A DNA stretch of 64,000 nucleotides. Origin: Octopus sinensis (Eukaryota). Positions 55,150 to 64,000 of the stretch are shown here, one piece after another. Below the pieces are notes generated by a model that was not told the DNA's origin, ran no database searches, and was given only the letters and a program-made list of their open reading frames with translations. Numbering within the stretch: the first letter of the stretch is position 1; each line of letters opens with the position of its first letter. The stretch is from assembly GCF_006345805.1 (NCBI RefSeq), contig NC_042998.1, forward strand, positions 31,930,001 through 31,994,000, given 5' to 3'. The position numbers and the translations under genes are program-made.

Positions 55150-55730
55150 AAATTTTAGCACAATGCCAGCAATTTCGGGGAAAGTGGGGTAAGTTAACTA
55201 GATCGGCCCCAGTACTTTACTTACTTGTACTTGTGGCGACATTCACCCTGGGCGGGTTGAGTCGGCTTCTTCTACTCATGGAAGAATTTTCGTGGGAATA
55301 TGTGGATTTCACAAGCGGTCCCCAACAATTCCGCATGTGTAGACATGCTGTTTGCCGCAGATTGTCCGCAGACGCAGGGACAGAACGACCGAGGATCCAC
55401 CGGTTGCCGAAGCAGACACTCCGAGGATTTTCACCAGAGTTTCTGCCGGGTTGTGGCCCTAATACCAATCCGCCTTGGGTTGCCCTACCAGGAACCGAAG
55501 TTCCCGACGGCTTAGCTCTGACACTACCCGTTGCCAGCGTCCCCACCACGGTGAGGGGAGGGGTGGACTTTGGGGAGGCAAGATCGGCCCCAGTGTCCAA
55601 CTGACATTTATTTTATCGACTCCGAATGTGTGAAAGGTAAATTCGATTTTGAACTCGGATCATAAAAACAGTTGAAATGACCCAAAGTATTTTACCTGGC
55701 CTGCTAGTGATTCTGCCAGCTCGCCGCCTT
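55150..55730 (-). mobile_element. Degraded SINE interrupted by a younger insertion
   Basis: Head CTGCCAGCTCGCCGCC at ~55713-55728; core split at AGATCGGCCCCAGT. Confidence 0.75.
55214..55580 (-). mobile_element. 367 bp GC-rich retroposed insertion with CAAGTA/AAGT tail (RTE-like, non-autonomous?)
   Basis: 14-bp TSD AGATCGGCCCCAGT (55200-55213, 55581-55594); minus-strand end ACAAGTACAAGTAAGTAAAGT. Confidence 0.7.
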
Positions 55731-55861
55731 TTATCGATCTATAATTAATGATTAACTGAATTTCGAAAGCAGAAATATGCAAACCGAACCATCCACCACG
55801 GCAATAATTTAATACATGATTGCATTGTGTTAAAGCTGAATACTCTCTGCTACAGACTGGG

Positions 55862-56310
55862 TATTTTTATTTTATTTTATTTTATTTTTTTATTTTATCT
55901 AGTTTCAGCTCACGAGCTGTGGCCATGCTGGGGCACCGCCATTTGATGTTGCTACATGATTTTACTTCATAAATGCTTTTTAGCAATTGCCGTTTGGTGC
56001 ATGAGAGAGTTCGATGCAGCTGCTCTCATCCGCATCTCCTGCCGTGAAGTTGGTTCATCTGGGATACCTGACAGGAAGAGATCCAGTTTTATTTTAAAGA
56101 CATCTGCATCCACCCCATGCAAATCCCTCAGGTTCTTCGGGAGGATATTGAAGAGCTGTGGGCCCCTGAAGCCCAGGCTATCACAGTATCTTGTCCTACA
56201 TTTTGATGGCAAATTTGGAGTCCTTGGCACTATGCAGTGGGTAAGGAGATTGGTTAAGAGCTCTTCGAAGAGCAGTCAAGAAACCGTGAAGGTGTCTCTT
56301 GGGGGACGAC
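55862..56310 (-). mobile_element. LINE 3' end (CR1/L2-group-like) with (AAATA)n tail
   Basis: ORF 55967-56230 GPQLFNILPKNLR..FKIKLDLFLSGIPDEP..AAASNSL is a typical ORF2 C-terminus; 3' stem-loop homologous to the SINE tail. Confidence 0.8.
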
Positions 56311-56519
56311 CCTAATTTTTTTCGCCATGCTTCGATAGCATAAAAGAAATGCGCTTACGTTCATATACTTCATTGTCAAACGCAAGACATTGTAATTAGA
56401 TAATCAGATTTATTTCTGTACTTCTGATTTTCGCTGTATTGTGATTAATATATATATGAATATACATAATTATACGTATGTATGAATGTGTATATATATA
56501 TATATATATATAATATATA

Positions 56520-56568
<49 letters not shown>

Positions 56569-56749
56569 ATATATATATATAAATTAAAATTAAAATTAAT
56601 CAAGGACATACTAGGTATGTCACCTGCTTGAAATAACAGTCAAAACTCTTATTATATCGCCAAAAATACACCGATGAAAACTACAGAAATCAAACGAAGG
56701 CAAAATCAGGTTAAGACAATCTACTAACATACATTTAAGTATTTGGACT

Positions 56750-56805
56750 CACGTGGATCGATTTCCGCATTGGTAAAAATAAAACCTTAGCATCTTCAGC
56801 ACGTG
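56750..56805 (-). ncRNA. Minimal hammerhead motif with partly decayed stem II
   Basis: Minus strand: CACGUG-CUGAAGA-UGC...GCG-GAAAUCGAUC-CACGUG; palindromic stem III AUCGAU; AUC triplet. Confidence 0.55.
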
Positions 56806-56844
56806 TTACCATGATTAGAGACTCCCATATATATATATATATAC

Positions 56845-57045
56845 ATACGTATAATAACTATATAATATATATCATAATGATATATATTCTCCGATTTCAA
56901 GCGACAATTTTTAAATATAAACAAATGACTGAAAAATGCCAGCGGTTAGCTCATCATTTTTCATTCATTTTTTAGATTTAAAAATTGTCGCTTGAAATCG
57001 GAGAATATATATCATTATGATATAGATATATACAGTTATTATACG

Positions 57046-57048
<3 letters not shown>
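56845..57048. repeat. Long inverted repeat (~94 bp arms, 16 nt spacer)
   Basis: Arms 56845-56938 and 56955-57048; 49 bp perfect block (56868-56916 / 56976-57024). Confidence 0.95.
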
Positions 57049-57078
<30 letters not shown>

Positions 57079-57127
57079 TATAATATACATATATATAGAC
57101 ATATATATAATAATATATATGTACATA

Positions 57128-57164
<37 letters not shown>

Positions 57165-57214
57165 GTTTGTGTATGCGTATTAAGCCTGTTTTTTTTTTCG
57201 TTTTTCGTGACACA

Positions 57215-57261
<47 letters not shown>

Positions 57262-57349
57262 ACTAACCGTCTCAACACTATTTACTGCTTTGCTTTTTAA
57301 ACACGTTACAGTCTCTCTCTCTCTCTCTCTATCTATCTTTTAATGTTTC

Positions 57350-58160
57350 TAAATATCTATTGCAGCTACATAGACAACTCATGATCTCCAACTTCTTGAA
57401 CACAGGAAGTTCTTTCGAGATATGCATCAGAAAAGTGCTGGAAGCCATTGACGAGGATGTACCACCTGTGGCAAGAGAGACAGAGAAACATTCTCAGAGA
57501 CAGATGTCAGGCGGCAGTGTTCACTTATTAAATTCAGAACATCAGTTCCATCTCCAACGGTTCGCTATAAAACATTGCTAAGTATCTAAAAGCGACGGAG
57601 TCCATTATCAGACTTAAGGTGCTCAAGGACCTCTCGGACGAGTCCAATGTAATGAGTGAATTTTCAGTCAGACCAAGAAAAATTACGTCATCCGAAGAGA
57701 CATTTAAGCAAATTGGGAAAGTCGTTACGCTTCACCAATATCTTTAATAAAGGCGACATAGTGACAAGTGGTTTTGCGAAGGCCTCAGAGAGGGACCTAG
57801 CACCGAGCTCCCACCATCTCATAAACCTCCACTTCAATTCTTGCGGCACGATCTGGAGGTCGATGCCATGTTGTTGAAGGTTGGCCCCAAAGAAAGTTGC
57901 GCCTGTCTCTGTCGAAATCTACTTGGTGTCACATAAAGAAAGGTTGGTTAGTCAAAGATGTTTCGATGATATCAGTCCCAATGTGACATGCGAGCAGTTC
58001 TGATTCGGAAACTCGTGCACTGCTATGTCTTGAGCGTCGTAAAGAGGGAGACTAACAGGTAGCATTGTTAAAGGTTGCTATTTTGTACGGAAATATGAAT
58101 AGAAATGAGAATCTGATTTTGACATGAAGTAGCTTCTGTGACCGCCTCGAAACCTTCGCT
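57350..58160 (-). mobile_element. Possible decayed LINE fragment (L1/Tx1-like?)
   Basis: GC-richer block that looks like broken coding sequence; no clean motif. Confidence 0.25.
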
Positions 58161-58876
58161 CAGATTGAAGACAGTTTTATTGAACGAACACTTTCTTAAA
58201 TACTATTAGTGGTAAACATGTGCTATCTTTCTAAAAAAATATATTACTCTTATTTTATCTAACATCTTTGATTTTCTATTCGTGCAACTTAAATCTGAAA
58301 TATGTGTGTACCTGCAAGTATCTACGAACCTGTATATAGTATAAAATAGAACCAAAGTTTTTTAAAACTTCAAGACATGTGAATTAAGTTCGGATTGTTC
58401 AATGCAGGATGACAGAAGTCGAACAGCAGCTGGTAACTTGGTAAAGTCCAAAGAGTGGTAGACATAACAGATGAATTTCAACTAATAATGAGAGAAGAGT
58501 CTTTGACAGAAATCTTGGCAATGTGATATGCATTTTGTATTAGTTGCGTATGTAATTGTGTGTACGTGGGCGTCGGGGTTTATGGATTTGCATATGTCTA
58601 AATACCTACTCACATGCTCACATCAATCACCGAATTTGAATATCAAATATTTATATTTCTGCATTTAAATACATCGTACCAGTCCATGTGTATTAATATT
58701 TCTACATTTTAATACATTCAGCCTCTGGACTGTCGCATTGTCTGATCATATTCTCGTAGTTTATATTACATAGATATGACCCACCAAATTTTAGTTGACG
58801 AAATGTGGCGTCATTATATTGTGACGTTATCAATATCATCAGCTCCTTAGCGTGTTTTTATTGATATTATTCTTGA

Positions 58877-59204
58877 CGGTGAGCTGGCAGAAACATTAGC
58901 ACGCCGGACGAAATGCTTAGCGGTATTTCGTCTGCCGCTACGTTCTGAGTTCAGATTCCGCCGAGGTCGACTTTGCCTTTCATCCTTTCGGGGTCGATTA
59001 AATAAGTACCAGTTACGCACTGGGGTCGATATAATCAAAATGCTTAGCGGTATTTTGTCTGCATTTACGATCTGAGTTCTGGGGTCGATTTTTTCTTTTA
59101 TTCTTTCAGGGTTGATGAATTAAGTACCAGTTATGTATTGGGGTAGATTTAAGCGACTGGCCCCCTCCCACAAAATTTCGGGCCTTGTGCCTAGAGTAGA
59201 AAAG
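58877..59204 (+). mobile_element. SINE with partial internal duplication
   Basis: 14-bp TSD GATATTATTCTTGA (58863-58876, 59205-59218). Confidence 0.9.
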
Positions 59205-59661
59205 GATATTATTCTTGATTGTGTTCCTGTTACTCGGTGTGCAAACTTATGTACTCCCATTCTAAATTTTAAAAGTGAAGAAAAGCAGTGATTATAGAAT
59301 GAAAAAATTACACGCAAAGGAAATGAATTCTTACATTGAAATCTCGCGAATTTATCTTCCTGTGATATCATATTATGTCCAAATTCGTTTTCTTTCTTCT
59401 ATGTATGAACATCTTGTAGATTTGAGTGGGAGAGAATTTATATTTGTATGATCTTTCCTTCTCAGTAGCGTAAAATACATAACCGTTGGGATAATGTTTA
59501 TGCAAACTCCTCACAAAAAAAAAAAAAACCAAAACAAATCTTTGTTTCAGCTGAAGTTAGATCCATTTCTGGCAATTATATGTTGATAACTGTACAGAAG
59601 CAATAATATTAATGGCAGTTGATCCCCACGATTTCAATTTCCATTTGGGGAAGTTATTCCC

Positions 59662-59719
<58 letters not shown>

Positions 59720-59762
59720 CATATATATATTATATACAATATTATATATAAACACACACACC

Positions 59763-59803
<41 letters not shown>

Positions 59804-60566
59804 GTATGTATGTATGTATGTATGTGTGCAATATACGTATATGTAGTGAGAGGGAGAGAATGAGAGATGAGTGAGAAGCGTCTTTTTCCCATTATCCACT
59901 TGGTAAGAACCGATTATAATGAAGATTTATTTTAACGTTGCATGAAGTTAATTTATTTAGGAAGCGGGCGATGTCTTTAATGTAATATTAAATAAATATA
60001 TCTATATTTCTGCTATTTGGTTCATAGACATCGCAATTGATACGCAGATCTCAACATAATATGAACGCAAAACTGTCAACTACAGAAATATACGAGGTAA
60101 AGGAAGCCACCGTAGTGCATTAATCAATTATCACACCCCCAACAAATTGTTAGTTACATAACAAACTAGCATCGGCAATAAATAGTCGATTGCTCTCAGC
60201 AGTGTTTTCTGAATTCCGGCATGATACTAGATATAGTGTAACAATAGATCTAATTACACGGGGGTTTCAGATGCTATAATAGGACAGATGACAAAGCAGA
60301 ACATAAATAGTAAATTCATCGAATGTGATTGTGACAGTGAAACATAAATTACCAATAGAAAGATGAACAATATGCAAGTACTGCTTGCATTCGTCAACAC
60401 CCAACCAATACTACTGCAGAAAATGCACACACACACACACACTACATCACACGCATGCATGCACGAAGTGCCAAATTTGTTGGTTGTTACATCTGAATAA
60501 CAGAGTCACTCATACACATAAATATACTTACAAAAAACGTGTTTCAAATATTAGTTACACATACAT

Positions 60567-61164
60567 ATTTCTTTACTACCCACAAGGGGCTAAACACAGA
60601 CAGGACAAACAAGGACAGACAAACGGATTAAGTCGATTATATCGACCCCAGTGCGTAACTGGTACTTATTTAATCGACCCCGAAAGGATGAAAGGCAAAA
60701 TTGACCTCGGCGGAATTTGAACTCAGAACGTAGAGGCAGACGAAATATTTATTTCTTTACTACCCACAAGGGGCTAAACACAGAGGAGATAAACAAGGAC
60801 AAACAAACGGATTAAGTCGATTATATCGATCCAGTGCGTAACTGGTACTTATTTAATCGACTCCGAAAGGATGAAAGGCAAAGTTGACCTCGGCGGAATT
60901 TGAAATCAGAACGTAACGGCAGACGAAATACCTATTTCTTTACTACCCAAAAGGGGCTAAACACAGAGGGGACAAACAAGGACAGGCAGACTGATTAAGT
61001 CGATTACATCGACACCAGTGCATAACTGGTTCTTAATTTATCGACCTCTAAAGGATGAAAGGCAAAGTCGACCTCGGCAGAATTTGAACTCAGAACGTAG
61101 CGGTAGACGAAATACCGCTAAGCATTTCGCCCGGCTTGCAAACATTTCTGCCAGCTCGCCGCCT
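60567..61164 (-). mobile_element. Trimeric SINE array
   Basis: Three ~184 bp units and one head; perfect 16-bp TSD TTAGTTACACATACAT (60551-60566, 61165-61180). Confidence 0.92.
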
Positions 61165-61768
61165 TTAGTTACACATACATTCGAACTCACAAGTACTCGT
61201 AGATATAAGTAACACTATTTCTCTTAAGTTTGGAGAATACGATAAAAATTGAGTTTATTTTTTATAAATTGTTTGTTTTTTCTTCTTTTTAATTCACTTC
61301 TACAATGTCCAATTTAATTTCTATAAAACAAAGTTTCCAGCTGTTAGATTTAAAGTTAATTTTGTACATTGAACAATTTATTCGCAGGCCTGCAGCCATG
61401 GAATTTGCTGAAGATGAAGAGATTAGAATTTTGGTGTTCTTCTAAATTATTTGTACTAGTTTATAATTGGATGCAATTCATGACGTATTTCACTTAATTA
61501 GTGTCTTCGTATTGTTTTCTTACTTTTTTCAAAAAAATTAGTATTTGTTATATAGCCCGGATACATATTGATTTGATGACCAATACCCAACACATTCAAT
61601 AATAAACACGCAAGATTTTAAATAGGTATTTGGCTATATCTATATCTATATGCATGCACATACCTGCACATTCATATATATATATATATATAATATATAT
61701 ATATATATTATATAATATATATATCTATATATATCATATATAATATATATATGTTATATATATATATG

Positions 61769-61799
<31 letters not shown>

Positions 61800-61830
61800 A
61801 TATATATTATATTTATATACATATATATAT

Positions 61831-61975
61831 GTAGGGAGAGTTTACTAAAACACAAAAGACGAAGGTGCTGTACAAAACAAACAGATGTATTAGTATAACG
61901 CTCAGAATAGAAAAAGGCTTTTACGTTTCGAGCTTACGCTCTTCTACAGAAAGGGACACAGAACACAAGGAGAGA
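61831..61975 (-). repeat. Repeat in (TA)n with a degenerate hammerhead-like motif
   Basis: Minus strand CTGTAGA-AGAGC(GTAA)GCTC-GAAACGT at 61923-61949. Confidence 0.45.
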
Positions 61976-62124
61976 ATATATATATATCTATATTTAGAGA
62001 AGATATTATGTTTTTATATGGTTACCCTATAAACTGGACATAACTATCTTTATCTAAATACTCTATTGGCGTATAAATTCTTTTCCGATTTATTTTTGTG
62101 TGCTACTTTGGGGATATACTGACG

Positions 62125-62155
<31 letters not shown>

Positions 62156-62193
62156 GATATATGTATGTATATATATGTGTGTGTGTGTGTGTG

Positions 62194-62226
<33 letters not shown>

Positions 62227-62546
62227 ACATTTATATACACACATATATATACATATATATATAGTTATGAACATATTATTATACAATTAGAGATAAAACC
62301 ACTATTAGGCAAATCATACAATGAAAAACTTAAGCCAATACATAGATTAATTAATTTATATTATTTTAAATATATCAAAATTATTAAAAAGATAATTAGT
62401 ATAACACTACGATCGTTTCATGGCTGTCCAATTCTTAAATTTCGAGTTACAGTCATTTTCAGGTGATTTAAATATTTAACTTAGCGAGGTTTTATCAATG
62501 AATATATATAGTTATGAATATATATACATGTATATACACGCATATC

Positions 62547-62578
<32 letters not shown>

Positions 62579-63274
62579 ATCTTATATGTATGAGTGTGTG
62601 TGTGCGTCTGTGTGACAGGTAAAAAAAATGAATGGTTTATACCTGGTAGCTTACTGGTATAACAGAGTCACTTTCAGGTGCTCGTTATGTATTTGGTTAA
62701 TGAGAGACGGAAGATGATATAATACTGAAAAATATTATTAACCATATATATATATATATCACCATTCCTGACTGACCATCTGCTACAGTAAACCACTTTA
62801 ATTCATTGTGTCATATGTAAGAGGAATGCCACTTGGAAAATTATTTACCTTTATAGGAACGAATATTACAAAGATGTTAATACAAGATGACGACAAATAA
62901 AACCAGAAATATTAATCATAGAATCCGTACTAAAGAAAAATACATCCTGAAGCTGAACACACAGTACATCTTAGTATCAACTCCTTATCAGGCAATCCGG
63001 CGAAACTATGTCTTGATTATTGAAAAAAAGAAAAATGTCAATGATGGAAAGATAAAAAATATTGCTATGACAAATGAGAAAATGACACGTCAGCCTTAAG
63101 ATTCTTGCCTGAAATTGAATGACAAAACCACGGAAATAAAAAAGCGTTGATACAATAATATGTCATCTAAAACCTAGTTTGCACAGACTTGAAATATCGC
63201 TTGGTGTTATACCCGAAAATAAAGAACTGTAATACCTATGAGCTGAAGTTTGGACCTACTCTTGGTTACTTTTC

Positions 63275-63575
63275 ATAGCTATGTATGTATGTATGTATGT
63301 ATGTATGCATGCATGTATGTATGTATGTGTGTATGTATGTATGTATGTATGTATGTATGTATGCATGTATGTATGTATGTATGTATGTGTGTATGTATGT
63401 ATGCATGTATGTATGTATGTGTGTATGTATGTATGTATGCATGTATGTATGTATGTGTGTATGTATGTATGTATGCATGTATGCATGTATGTGTGTATGT
63501 GTGTATGTATGTATGTATGTATGTACGTCCGTATGTATGTATTTATGTATGTATGTATGTATGTATGTATGTATA
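63275..63575. repeat. (TATG)n / (TGTA)n microsatellite
   Basis: Direct inspection; similar tracts at 46.7-47.0, 50.76-50.95, 51.36-51.5 and 53.67-53.78 kb. Confidence 0.95.
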
Positions 63576-63812
63576 TCTGTTTACGTGTGCATGTAAGTAA
63601 GAATGTAGGTACGTTATTTTTGTGTATGTTACAGAAACAGTGATAAATGTCATAACATCCATTTAACACCTATATATACAGTTTTATTCACCTGATACTC
63701 TTAACTATGACAACCTACCGTGGTGTGTTTCTACATACATATACACACACGCACATATATATGTATGTATATGTAGGTATATGTATATATATGTATGGTA
63801 TTATATTTATCT

Positions 63813-63852
<40 letters not shown>

Positions 63853-63863
63853 AATATATATAT

Positions 63864-63916
<53 letters not shown>

Positions 63917-64000
63917 ATATATATACATATGTGTGTGTGCGTATGTATATATATTTGCATGTAGAATACGGTGTTAATGAACAAGCCATTGATGTGCGAT

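Noticed and set aside
55480-55580. HDV-like ribozyme at the 5' end of the RTE-like insert
   Set aside because: Could not assign P1/P2/P3 in the required order by eye.

Overview
This is AT-rich, non-coding eukaryotic DNA. The SINE families and dense (TA)/(CA)/(TATG)/(TCTA) microsatellites resemble octopus (cephalopod) genomes; that assignment is from pattern recognition, not a database search. I found no confident host protein-coding exon, and most ORFs in the track are microsatellite or SINE artefacts. Mobile elements include many tRNA-derived SINEs (several as tandem multimers inside one TSD pair), a decayed Penelope-like element (RT plus GIY-YIG, 26.3-28.9 kb), R4/Dong-type and other LINE fragments, a pogo/Tigger fragment and two non-autonomous Helitrons. 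The standout is a 353-nt tandem array at 13.2-14.4 kb. Its repeat unit carries a textbook type I hammerhead ribozyme, so it is a candidate non-LTR retrozyme/circRNA locus. The array starts within 2 nt of the predicted cleavage position and is joined to an inverted copy. Several more hammerhead-like motifs, two long fold-back hairpins, a SINE/LINE shared 3' stem-loop with compensatory changes, and a telomeric-repeat insertion inside a SINE are also reported.
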